From Dimorphilus gyrociliatus (lineage: Eukaryota > Animalia > Annelida): a stretch of DNA of 64,000 nt. The notes beneath the pieces are model-generated. The model was not told the DNA's origin, did no database searches, and was given only the letters and a program-made list of their open reading frames with translations. The translations under genes were made by a program, and so were the position numbers. Position 1 is the first letter of the stretch, and every line of letters begins with the position of its first letter. Of this stretch, positions 25,052 to 38,099 are shown piece after piece. The DNA lies in assembly GCA_904063045.1 (NCBI GenBank), contig CAJFCJ010000002.1, forward strand, positions 434,001-498,000. Direction: 5' to 3'.

Positions 25052-25603
25052 ATGGAAGAATTAAGATTTAATGAACCCGATCAAGATCGGATATTAGACA
25101 AGTGAGTAAGAATATTTAAGAAAATAATTATAGATTTTTATTATTCTCTAGTCGATTTGAGAGGAAATTGTAATTAGAAATTTAATTTTAGTTCGAAAAG
25201 TTTGCGCTTTGAGGATACGCTCAAGCATCCAATCTCAATTTTAGTTCTTCTTGGTCTATTATTTCTCCTTATATATCTTATTTATAAGCTGAGCTCGACC
25301 AAAGACTCAGAAGTGAGCAGCCCGTTACAAGGTCAATCGTCTTCAGTATCAAATTCGACCGATTCTGCTGGAATTTCTGTCCAAGAATTAGAGCCTGGCA
25401 TGTATTTGCTCCATGGTCCTAATGCTCAAAAAGCAGTTCAATCAGTAAATATTCAAAGTTATGGTTTGGTATCAGATCCCCAAAGGTTCACAACTTCAAA
25501 CAATTTTACGACTGCAGAACTACAGCAAAGCTTAATAGATACTTCTCCCTGCCAGAGACCTCCACCTTATTATGGTGTTAGTCCCTCAGCACCTTATCAA
25601 TAA
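25052..25603 (+). CDS. Small single-pass membrane protein (about 153 aa) with C-terminal PPxY and PSAP motifs, 2 exons
   Basis: Exon 25052-25101 (MEELRFNEPDQDRILD, donor AA|GTGAGT) and exon 25192-25603; TM PISILVLLGLLFLLIYLIY; ends QRPPPYYGVSPSAPYQ. The frame is also open from an acceptor near 24991, so the N-terminus may be longer. Confidence 0.7.
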
Positions 25604-26418
25604 AATAAATTTGGAATAATCAGACAAACAAATGATGTTTCTATGTATTCCTTTTAAAATATATGAAAAAGCGTTTTTTATTTAAATTTTAGCGAATTGT
25701 GTTAATTTTTACTCATAGAAAATATTTATAAATATTAAATACCTTGGGAGTAATTTAAATTTTCAATAGCATCGTTTATTTATTTATTCACAACAATCTT
25801 ATATTTAAACATATATACACAGTATATATATATATTTATATATAAATAAAAGCTTTTTAAAAATATGTACGCCATATATATACAGTATATATATAATTAT
25901 ATGTTTCATGTACATACTGTATTTAATTATAATTATACAGCTAACATACTTATTTAGCGTATGTATTACTGCCTATAATTTACATTACAAGTCTCATAAT
26001 TTTTTCAACATTTAATACATTGATATACTGTTAGTAAAAATGAAAAAGAATACTTTAATACATATAAAGATTATGCTTATTACTTCAATTATCTCAAAAT
26101 ATAGACTTCAGTATGCCAGAACACGTTGTACAGAAATGTTTATATGTCTATATGTCTTGTTTATCCATTAGGTAAAGCTTTTAATACAATACTATATATC
26201 ATATTTTAAATAAATATTTTCTAATGCAGGTTTTAAAAATTCTGAGAATTTTATAAACATATTTATTCATTAACAGCTTCGTAAATGCTCGTGGAATAAT
26301 GACGTTATTGTACATATCACAGCAGTAAAAGCAGTTTATTTAAAAGCTGCAAATGTTTGTGTTTTTTTGGCAATATGTGTACAGGGAAATCCGCCTTCAA
26401 GATATAAATGCCGGAAAA

Positions 26419-29400
26419 TTAGTTTTTACCGACGTGACCATTTTGCAATAACCGTCCTTTGTGGATGGAATCATTAATATTTATCATATCCGGTGGAGCA
26501 AAATCAGGATTTTCTTCGCTCATTTCACCAATTAACCAAAAAGTATTAATTGCTCCTTTACCCTTCATTTCGACTGGTCCCCTATTCTCGGTAATAAATG
26601 TTCCAGATTTGTCGAGTTCGGATTTAGTCCATGGACTTACATGAATCTTCAGAGCTAAAAGAAAATAAAGCGTTTTCCCTTATTCGAAAAGTGTATATTT
26701 ACATAAATACCTTGGCCATTGCTTTCCATTCGACTGGCTGTATTGACTGTGTCGCCGAACAAGCAGTACCTTGGCATCTTTAATCCAACAACTCCGGCTA
26801 ATACTTCACCTAATCAGAAATTTGATACAATATGCAAAGGACAAAGTATTGTTAATCAAATACCTGTATGTAATCCTATTCGAAGTTTTAATTGATCGTT
26901 GGGCCTATGTGAGATTTTAAAAGCTTTAACAGCATTTAATAAAGCTAACGACATTCGTGCAATTTCTCTGGCATGAAAGTCTGTCTTTTTAGGTAAGCCT
27001 GAGACGACCATATAAGCGTCGCCTATGGTTTCAACCTGTTAATAGATTATTTATTTTTGCAGTGACCGCTTAACGCTTTGTATATTAAATTAGTGAACTT
27101 ACCTTATAGACGTCAAAGTTGTTAATAATCGAATCAAAAGTTGTGTATAAATCATTCAGAAGCGTAACAACTTGCTCCGGCGTACTTTCCGCTGATAATT
27201 TTGTAAATCCACAAATATCCGAAAAATAAATAGTTACTTGGTCAAATCTTTCTGCTTCAACTTTTTCTCCCTTCATTAGTTGCATTGCAACAGATTTAGG
27301 CAGCATCATGTATAAAAGATTTTCTGCTCTTTTTTTCTGTTCAAGATAATCAGCAGTACGTTCTTCCACGAGTGATTCTAAATTTTCTGCATATTGCTCC
27401 ATACGAGACAGTAATTGCTCAAGGATATTGTCACTTCCGCTTTTATTTATCTTCCTCAATGACGTTTTGAGTGTGTGAAAATCGGGCCTATCAAACGGGT
27501 CGTTTGACCAGCATCTCTCTATAATATTTGCTAAATCTTGATAACTCTCTGAATTTTTGTCACTCTCCAGCATGCTATCTATCGAATCTAGAGTAGGGCG
27601 AAAGTAAGGTTTTTTCATTTCTTTCACTTGCTTGTATATATCTTGGGGCTCAAAATTTTCATCTTGTCGCCAAAATACTCCTCTTCTATAAATTATCTCT
27701 TGACATATTATAGCAAAGCTATATACATCGCCCTTTTGAGTTACTTCTTCAGCAGGGTTATTTAATAGCTCTGGAGCGGTCCATAATTTAGCTGAAAAAT
27801 GAAATCGTTATATTCTATATACGTAAATAAAGTGATATAGCATATCCTTACATTTGAAGTATGCAAAATTGTCCTCATCTTCTTGAGATTTCTTCACACG
27901 AAGAGAATGTACACCGAAATCAGTTATTTTCAGTACGAATCTGCTATCTACTACGCAATTCGAACTTTTCAAATTGCCATGAACTTTAATTTCACTACTA
28001 TGAATGCAGGACATTCCCTAAAAGGTAGAGTAATTTCACAAATAATTATCGTGTTTATAAGGGCTCATTATATGACAAAACATACCCTTACGATATCCTG
28101 AATTAAAGAGAATTTAAACATCGCGTCTAATTTGATTTGATCATTTTCTAGAACGTCTTCCAGACTACCTTTTGAACAGTATTCGGATAATATGCATTGA
28201 TTCGGCTCGTCTATACAAAAACCGATGAACCGGGCAACGTGATCATTTTGTAAATCTTTCATCTATTTCAAGTTGACAGAAAAAGAAGAATATTGATTAG
28301 AATAATAATTTAGTAGAAATCATTTACTAATATTATTAAGCATACTTTTTTGAACTCTTGTAGCAGTTCTCTTCGGGGTGGATTAGAAACCGCTTTTCCA
28401 ACCCTCTTAATAGCAACCAAAGTACTCTAAAAAAGAAAAAAAATACGCCATAATTTAGCGTCATCTAGTGGATTTGTTAAATTATTTCAAGATTGGACGC
28501 CAAAAAAAGATACCTTATAATTCCCAACTTTCGTGAAGGTTTGTGGTTTTGTATTCAAAAGCGTATAACTTATCATTGAAGAGGTTTCAGATAATTTGCT
28601 GATGGATTCTGCATGCTAAAAATATCAGAAAAGTAGGAAATAAGAAACTACGACTAAAGCATTTGATTCATCTACAGATAACCACTAATCACTATTGAAT
28701 GGTTCTAAAATACCTTAATATTAGCTGCTTTTCCATGGTCCCTGCCACCAAAGTCAATCTCATCCCAAGGGATTTTCCATAAAGAATCGGGAATAACTTT
28801 ATCTTGGCGATACCTATAACATGTTTGCTTGAAAAAATCTCATTACTAGTCCTAAAAAATTACTGACTTGTAAAAAATGAAAACAGCCACAATTATAACC
28901 AGCGTAAGTAATAACATCACTCCAATAATGACGTACACATACATATCTAACGGTTCTATTTTTAAAAAAAGATTGTTCCATTAATTATACAAGTACATAT
29001 ATATACAGCATATATATATATATATATATATTTATAGAGACTAATTAAATATATGAAGAAGACTAAACGAACTCTTTTTTACGCATTTGGATCCATCGAA
29101 GCCGCATTTAGGAACGTCTGGGGGTGCTTCACTTCCGGAAGGCCAGAGAATTTGCGCTGTCTCCCCATATATTTTTTCATTTCCAAAGTAATGAGCCACT
29201 GTCTTAAAAACTCCGGTTTCGTTCATATCCAGCAGAAGGTAATCAGCATGTTTGTCTCCCTTTTCATCCATACTAACAGTTCGTGTAATACCTAAACGAA
29301 ATACGATTAAAAAGGTTTTCTCTTAGTTTAATATCCGTATCATTTACCCTGGAAAGTACGATTTTTTAAGTTTTTCTGGACTTCTTTATTGTCATTGATA

Positions 29401-32400
29401 TCGTTTTTATTGGCCATGGTTTCATTTAAAGCCAAAGCATACAATGTAATGGAATCGTAGAACGCCGGAATCAAATCCGTGTTCGGCTGGAAAACATAAT
29501 ATTCTATAACACTTGTTTAATTTTATTGGGTAAAATTTAAATAGATATAAAGTATATTTTTTTCTTTATATTTGGAAAAGAACCTCTTTTTGTAGGTCGA
29601 TTGAACTTCCTTTGTTCAGTTCGGTTGCTTTGTCAAGGACCGCTCTTGAGAATTTGGCATTTTTTTCCGGATTGCCTATGGCCACAACTAATAAAGCTTT
29701 AAAGGCTTCTTTGGCTTTTTCATTGTTCGCATCTGTATCGTTAGCATCTCTCCATATTTTTTCCCCGTTTGCTGTACTGATTTTTAAAAACTTTTTGGTT
29801 TAAGGAAACAAGAAAGGAGAGGTTGGGATGAGATTGAAAACAAGGGCGACAGATGTCGCTATAAGGCTTACATTCCGCTCAAGTCGACATAGAGGAAAAC
29901 GTATTCTCCATTTGTCATGCCATATTCGTGCGCCTTCAGCATAAAGAAGCGGAGATCTTGGGCATTAAAGCATACGTTGACAACTGTAAATGTGAGATAA
30001 AAAGAAACTGATATAATAGACTTTTCAAAAACTTCCTTTTCATTATTAAATCACGTGACTGTCTTGTTTAACTAATATGGATGGAATTGTAAATGTTATT
30101 GACCGTCGAGAGTTAATGGTAGCGTAAATATCATTTTTCGCTACTGATTGAAAAGTTTATCGAAATTTAGAATTGTATCATAAAAAAGGCATAAAAACAT
30201 GCAATCATTATTATCCAATTTTTTAAATACTTGACTTATATCTTTATAAGCCATAATACGGACATATCAAGTATATTTCGCCATTATCTTAAATCCGGAT
30301 TTAAAGGAAATCACTCGACCTTTTTATTGTTTGACCCTTTATACTTTTAACCCTGCTTTACGCCTGCTTTATACTTTTTCGTTTTTATTTAACATTGATT
30401 TGTGCGTAAATCTGTCATAGGGAAACGGTATTCCATCTCTCTTCTAAATCTATTGAAACTGTTATACTGCGATCGATAATTAAGAATAATTAGCGGAAAT
30501 TCTATTGGCTATTTATGTCGAAATTACTTTAAAGTTATAATATAAAAAGATTGCAGTTGAAACTACACACGATCTGAGTGCGGAAATATGAGACAAAAAA
30601 AAGGTTGATTAATGAAGGAACGGTTTGAAAATTGAGTGTTTGGGTCTCTCGATAATTGACCCGCCCGTCAATTAACAACGAATGACAAACTAGCGGAGGC
30701 GTCGCTCAGCATACATATTAATCTAGGCAAATAAGACGCCTTTAGTTTGACGATCGTGCACAAAACTCGGCAGTGGCAAATTAAAGAGAGAGCTAGAGAA
30801 TAAAGAAAGAAAACAGAAAGAAAGAAAGAAATGAAAGAAAATAGAGAATAGAGAGAAAAGCCTATTTAAAATCTAGCTGTAAACTTGTAAGATAATAAAA
30901 AGGATTTGAGAAAATGAGGAAGGGATATGTTTTTGCTAGTATTTGCAATAGTGTTAAAATTCTTGACAGTTGCTGTGTTAGCCTTTCTGCGACCACCATA
31001 ATCAATCTCTTCCTATGCATAACAAATAATTACACAATCTCATATCTCGCCGCCCCGTCGTTCTTTTTTAGTTTGACTCGCCGTGTAAACAAAACGTATA
31101 CTTTCCGCGTGAAAGGGCAACATGACGGCTGCATTTCGTGACTAGCACAAATTAATCGCCGCCAAATAAGGAAATTTCTATTGTAGCAAACTTCCCGTGT
31201 TTTAGCTTTTAGAGCGGCACTATAGGAGAGAGAAAAAAGTAGGCGATATAGGTTTACGTATAATCTACGAGAGCTAAAGAGCTTCGTACTGATTTTCTAT
31301 CGATCAGCTTTCGATTTTCGAGTGGACTAGGCCCAGACGACCATTTTTCTCGACACAAAAGTAGGCGTGGCATTAAAGCAATAGCAGAAAAAACTAGTGA
31401 AATAGTAGGGATTGGCAAGGTTGTAGAGGGTTAACAATACCCAAGTGTTTTTTGTTTTTAATTAACAATATAACAGAAGCTACAAATAGTCCCGGAAAGG
31501 GAGGGGTAAAGGGGATGAAAATGAATGACATACGAGAGATGTTTATAAATCCCGGATTAGTTTCCTATCAACTCAACGCCCTGGGCTTTGCACATTTTGC
31601 TAATTATACTCTTATTATAAGCTAGCCGCAAAGGAAGAAAAAGCAACAACGAGCGATGTTTATCGGCATCCCACATACCGAACTTCTCAGGTGGTACCTA
31701 ATCTAATTCGATTCGTCAGAAAACATCTGCTACTAATCAGAGTTTTGCATACTTCCTTATTAGATTTATTTAAGGCGAAATTATTTCTTTATTTTCTATC
31801 TATCTGTCCTCTATGGTTTATCGCCTGTGCTACCTTACCTCACCATCTGCTCGTCCTAGTGCATGGCCGACTGCACTTTTCGACCTATATTTCTCTTTCC
31901 TTTTGACTTGATTGAGTAAGATTATAGCTGACAGAAAATATTCGATAAAATGACGTAACATTCACGATATTTGACGGTTCGAACCATTTCTCGTATATAT
32001 CTGTCGCTGTTCATTATTTATCGCAGGAAATGTTACAGGTGTCATATAGATAATCGTCTTCGTGAAATAGGATATTTTCTTGACGACTTAATGAATGCAT
32101 CATCATAGGCCTACCAGGTCATCCGATACATATCTCCGGAAATGCTGTTTTCTATGTCTTTTTTCCTCTACTTTTGTATTATTTTGTTTTCATCTATTGT
32201 TACCTACAGTTCTAGAGACTTAAGTAAAACGGGCTGCTCTCTTAACAACTACAGATTAGGAAGCTTAAAACGATAAATAAATTAATCTGCAGACATAAAA
32301 AAGTAAATCTCTTTGGAGATGATACATGTTCAGTATATTACCATCATAATACGTAACTTGTAGATATATATATATATTAGTATATATAGAGTAATATACT

Positions 32401-35400
32401 GTAGACTATATATAAATCTGGTATAAGCCTGCGCGTATATATACTATTAAAAGAAGAAATAGATGCATATAAAGAATAACAAATGATGAAGAGAATAGAG
32501 AAAAAAGTAAGCGAACGAGCAACTGAAAGAGAGAGCGAGAGAAAGTAAAGCTAAAGGGAGAGAGATTTGCAGTAGTCTAATGTAAGGCCTATTTTTATCT
32601 TAGGATCTCCCTGCTCTCTCCAACCTACTACCCTTCGCTGGCGATAAACAATTATAGAGTGGCGGTTTTTTGGCATATAGCTATTATCGAGGTGTAGAAT
32701 GGTCTTCTCGTTCCTTTTTAATAAAATACACGTGCGGACGAAAGTGTAAACGCTAGTTTTGTTTACATAAGGCGGTATGCAGTCGAAAGACTAGAGATGA
32801 GAGTACGAGGAAATGTAAAAGTAGAAAGTTTTCCCCTGTAATGACTGACGAGGTGCAGAGTAGACAAACATAAAGTTAAATTTGATATGTTCGGCCTATA
32901 TTTTTATCAAGGTTTTTTTTTTAATTTATATGCTACCCATTTATAGATACGAACTTTTAGAGAGATTTTGCTCTTTACGCGCGTCTGGACTACTAGAGAT
33001 AAAAATGTCGGAGGATGAAGGTTATATACGTAATAAAACAATATAATGTATGTCGATTTCTAGTATTTTTCCTGGGGCGAAGTTTTGGGAAACTAATAGT
33101 TTGGCGTTGACGGCAAACTTTCACAAATCAAAAGTTTTATTAATCTCTATTAAAATTAGTATTTACGTTAGTATTTACACCAGACGGTCAACAGCCTTTT
33201 GACGTTGTAGTTTATACATGAAAACCACGTGATGAGAACCTATATATAGACAATAGACGATAATTAAGTCGTATAGTGTAGCACGCTTCAAAGGGCTTAT
33301 ATTCCCTATCCATCATTTTTTCGTCTTCGAAACTTGGAAGGAACGCTATATAACAGTGTAATGAAAGGAAGACCGACATCAAAAATATCTCAGCTTTTTA
33401 CTTATACGACTCAGCGAAATTAGAAAGATGACTCTTATAAAATAAGCGAACCATTTTTCCCCCTTAGTGCCCCTATTTCTGTTTGTAAATAGACAGCTAA
33501 AGAGTGAAAGCGATTGAGAGAAAAAAAACCTAGGTAGTAGACGTATAGTTAAATAAAGTAGAATAAACTAAAAAAGAGGTATAAAAAGTACAGGAACAAT
33601 TGAACAATGAAGACAAAAAAGAGAGAAAAATAAAAAGTTTTCTATTTCCCTCCTACCTGGTAACTATAATTGCTGAAAAGTGACGTTTTTGATTTTTTAA
33701 ATTTTATAACTGCAGGCTTTCGATTGACAGATGACTAAACATACTAAGTGAAGTTAAAGAAAGAAAATGAAGTGAAAGATTTGAGGAGATTACGACCTTT
33801 AGACGATTGTCAACAAATTTCTATTTAAAAACCATCGCTAAGTTATTGATAAAGTATTTCTAAAGGTCTAGTTAAAAAACTGCTCCTTTTTACTTTCAGT
33901 ATATTGTTATTATCATTACTATTACAAATAGTAATGTTATTAAAATTGTTATTAATATTATTTTATGATTATAAACGTAAGAGTTATATCAAACGTGTTT
34001 GTAGATTCTCATTTTTAACAATTTAATATATTGGTCCACATAATACGTTAAGACAGGTGGGATTTAAATAAACAAACTTATTGACACCAGCTAAATGTTT
34101 AGACGGAGAAAAATTTTATACATTTATACGTTTATACAATTGGTGTATAACGTGTTTACTAGTTGTACATAGTTGAGAATGTCACGTGATGATAAGAGTA
34201 AGTAGTAGGGGAGCTTAGGACTAGTTGTTAGGGAGAATTTCCGAAGGAACGACAGGTGTCGACCCATCTACGGAAATTAATTTCTTAGTGTTCTTTTCAC
34301 TGGTCTTTTTTTTAATATTTATCTAATAAATCTCATGGTCGTTAAGCGCACTTGGTTAATTCGCGTTCTATTAATTCAATACACGATCTTTTATACACGC
34401 TACGCCGGGTCTTTGATAAATTTCTATTCTCGATCAATTAGCAATTCAATCCCCACCCTGAACAGATTTGAGAAAAATTCTCTTTCATATTGTACTATCG
34501 GTCGAAACACAGACCTAGAAACAGATAGTAGTCTTTCATAAGGAGATTTGAGAGAAATAGGAGATTTATGCAAAGTTATATGTAATAATATGATACTATA
34601 ATGTTAACCTCGGGCTGCGTGACATTAGAAAGGTGTTAGTTCCTTAGTTACGAATGCTTTTAGAGCTACTTACGGACATTTACGTTCTAATATTTAGGGT
34701 CAACAACGAATATTACTTACTTCTGGCTTTCTTCCTAATTACTTCGTTAAATATTAGATCCAAATCCCACAGTCTAGAATCCTCACTGTCTAGAATCTTA
34801 TACACATTGAGATGTTCACCTAAACTTCGATTCTTCATCTGTAAATTTTTTCTATGAACTTCATGGATAGCTTCACAAACGAACAGCTGCTGCTTTCCTG
34901 TCTCTGCCTTGGCTTTGCCTCCAATAAAGAGTAAGTATAACATCCTGTTCCAGTTAAACTTTTCCATAATTGTGACAAACCAATTGGCCAAATCTTTGTA
35001 AGTAAAATATGTTGTAAATATATTATATTTAGTCTTATTTCCAAAATTGGAAACTGCTCCTCCAGCTGTGATAACAGGAGTCTTCCAAATTGTGGCATAT
35101 CTACCCACGGCAGCTACGACAAATTCGCATACTGGTCCTATAAGCACTTTTACTCTTTCGGTATAAACTAGATCTACGGCTGCCAATGGCCCAATGGTAT
35201 CATCACATTTTGTGTCTTTCCAAAGTAATTCGAATTCGTATTTATCATGAAAGATATACCATGGATCATTATTGACTGAATCAACTGCTAGCGATATAGC
35301 GGCTCTAACCAAAGGAGAGCTGTGTCGTTGATGATAAATGAAATCTTCTGAACTTTCCGGCAACAGAACACCTATTTTGATTGGTTCCCTTTCATTAGCA

Positions 35401-35444
35401 GCAATCAAATTTATAAGAATATATAGTATTCCGTATGCTAACAT
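26419..35444 (-). CDS. Receptor guanylyl cyclase B (NPR1/NPR2-like), 15 exons
   Basis: Exons 35444-34721, 29983-29872, 29776-29584, 29486-29348, 29291-29073, 28955-28868 (TM), 28813-28714, 28615-28514, 28426-28346, 28262-28086, 28017-27852, 27791-27103, 27035-26864, 26809-26711, 26654-26419; all phases are consistent. Kinase-homology HGNLKSSNC; cyclase [41 protein letters not shown] with the GTP-specifying E and C. Confidence 0.93.
34721..35444 (-). CDS. First coding exon (V35) of rGC-B: signal peptide plus N-terminal ligand-binding region
   Basis: 724 nt (241 codons +1); [25 protein letters not shown]; donor AGA A|GTAAGT, phase 1. Confidence 0.9.
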
Positions 35445-36002
35445 CCTTCCGTGTAACTTTTTTTTCTATTTTACAATACTAAATATCCATCGATCAGGGC
35501 CTGTAGGTGTATAAGAATACACGTATAATACACAGTGAATTTCTTATTGTTGACTTACTCTTAAAAGGCGCTCACAGTAAGGGAAATCGATGAAAAAATT
35601 TTCCGTTCTATGTAGCCGTAGAAATAAAATAAATTCAAAAAATCTTTCTCATGCAGCTGCTACTGTAACAAACTGCGGCCGTATAGGCAGGCGCCTGCTC
35701 GAACTTTAAATGCGTTTGTGTGAAGGAAAGTCAAAGTTTTATGCGCATGCGCTCTGATAAATGAGCAAATATTTAGTTTCGAGCTCTGAAAAGATAATCT
35801 TCAATATAACTTATAAATATATATATTTTTCAATTGTTCAATAGGGTTGGAAAGAAAGGGTATACAATGTCATTTTTTATTACGTTTCTCATAAAAGTGC
35901 GTTTTTTCTGAAGAAACTCTCAGATATCTGGGACATGTAACTCTTTATGATACAAAATATGTATAAACATGAGTAAAAAAACGTAAATTAATATTAACTT
36001 AT

Positions 36003-36052
36003 ATATTCTATATATACAGGATAAATATATATAAAATTTATATATATATATT

Positions 36053-36085
<33 letters not shown>

Positions 36086-36360
36086 GATGTAAATGTAGTT
36101 TTTATCTTTATATACGTAATTGTTTGTAGACATATATATATATATAATATATAGATATATATATATGTACTATACGTCGATTGACAGCTAGATAGGTTTG
36201 TAGACAGAAAAAGATAGAAGCGAGCGAGTAAGCGAGAGAGAGAGAGAGAGAGAGTTGAAATAAAACGAATGAGTGGGAGAAAAAGAGTGAGTGAGAGACA
36301 GAAAGGTAGATAGATAGATATAGAAAGAGACAGAGGCTGAGAATGGGATAGAGATAGCTG
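36003..36360. repeat. (TA)n/(GA)n/(GATA)-rich simple-repeat tract
   Basis: Runs of TA, GA and GAGT read directly between rGC-A 3' end and V35. Confidence 0.85.
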
Positions 36361-38099
36361 ATGAATATGATGTATTCAACAGCGTATAAAGTGCTCCTTA
36401 CCTGGACTTTGACAGGAAGGAAACAAGAATATCGCAGAAGACAGCTGTATCGTCTACTCTCTATATGATGCTAATTATTTGAAAGAAGTCGATAATTAGT
36501 CCACGTATATTCCATTTATCCGTATTCTAAAGTCGCATACATGTTTACCCATCATACATAAAATATATAAGAAGGCCTATAAAAGCGAGTATTTTTTCCC
36601 GTCGTATACGGCATTGGATTTAGTTACTGCATGACGTATCCGAAGAAGGCCTATTCAAAGTGAATTTAATTCCCCTTGTCTACAGGAAACGGGCAAGCTA
36701 ATACGTAATAAATTCAATTTAGCTTAATTACAGCTAGATGTTACATATTTTTTTTTATTTATTTTCCATGTCTTCTTCCTGAAAATAAGCGAAAAGAAAA
36801 AAAAAACAAAGGAAGTTTTTAAGTAGCTGAATAAAATCGATAAGGTTTTGCAATAAAAAAAAATACATTAGCAAATAAACAGAGTATACAACTTACAAGA
36901 TCATAATGTACGTGTATAGAAATATGTCTATTCCCTATATACATACGTAGTATATACTGTCTATACTGTATATACATATATTGTGTATACATGTATTAAT
37001 ATATACTATATTTTCGTGTATATACAGTATGTCTTATATTTGTACCTTCATATGTGAATACACTTCAATATACTGGATATACTATGTATATAAATATATA
37101 CATTATCGTTGAATGTGCGCATTACTATATACAACAGAATAAACCTATAGAAAAAAATTTGTCTTGCAGATGCGTACAAACACTGGCATACACACTATTT
37201 AGAGATATATAAATTTGTATATAAATATATAAGATAATTCAATGCAGCAACTATTTACATTGTTCGATTTCTAAAAGACTGTCAATTATTTCTAAAATTT
37301 CATTTGTATAGACTAATAAACGATACATTCATGGTTAGCTTTTCTCTTTCTTCTTTTCTATTACATATCCCATCAACCCTACTTTTTTCTACTGTCCACG
37401 TATCGTCGACTGTCCTTTCTTAATCGGAAGAAATTTGCATAAGATAATTTCATCTATTGAAGACAAACTGATTTACGAGAGAATATGCATTAATTCAGTC
37501 ATTAAATCGGCTTAGGCCTACAAATGACAATCTTTTGTTAACTGTAAATTGAAATTGAAACGAACGGATGGAAAAGAAATGGAAAAAACGGGTGGTGTCA
37601 TCTATTGAGACTAAATTAAAAGTGGATATTTCCTGGAAGTACAAAGGATGACGTCGGCTTTAAAAGAATGTTTAACTTAATGAATTAACATTCTTGTTTG
37701 AATATTTTAAACCAATCTGCATGTATTCACATTTATCAATTATGACAATTCTCTTGGTATTAGTCGCTTGACCAAATAAAGTACGGTTTTGACCACCATA
37801 TTCTACATAGATAATGCTTTTACAGATGATGCAAGCAATTCTTTTCATCTCTGTCTTTTTGAAATATATAAATTTATACTGTATATATGAAACAAATTCG
37901 TAAGTCTGAACATCTAAAGATAATAATTATCTACAGACAATATGAACAGTGAACCAATAAATTAATCGATTATTTCAAGGGTTTTGTAAATATCACAGCT
38001 CATACCCTTCGAACGTAGGATATTTAGAAAGAATATAACAAAGGATTTTAAGAAAAATGAATGCTGTCTCATTTAAAATAAAAATTGTTCTTTTTTTCT

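Noticed and set aside
25152-25169. 18-nt in-frame cassette microexon in the PPxY gene
   Set aside because: The following intron would be only 22 nt, which is too short to splice.
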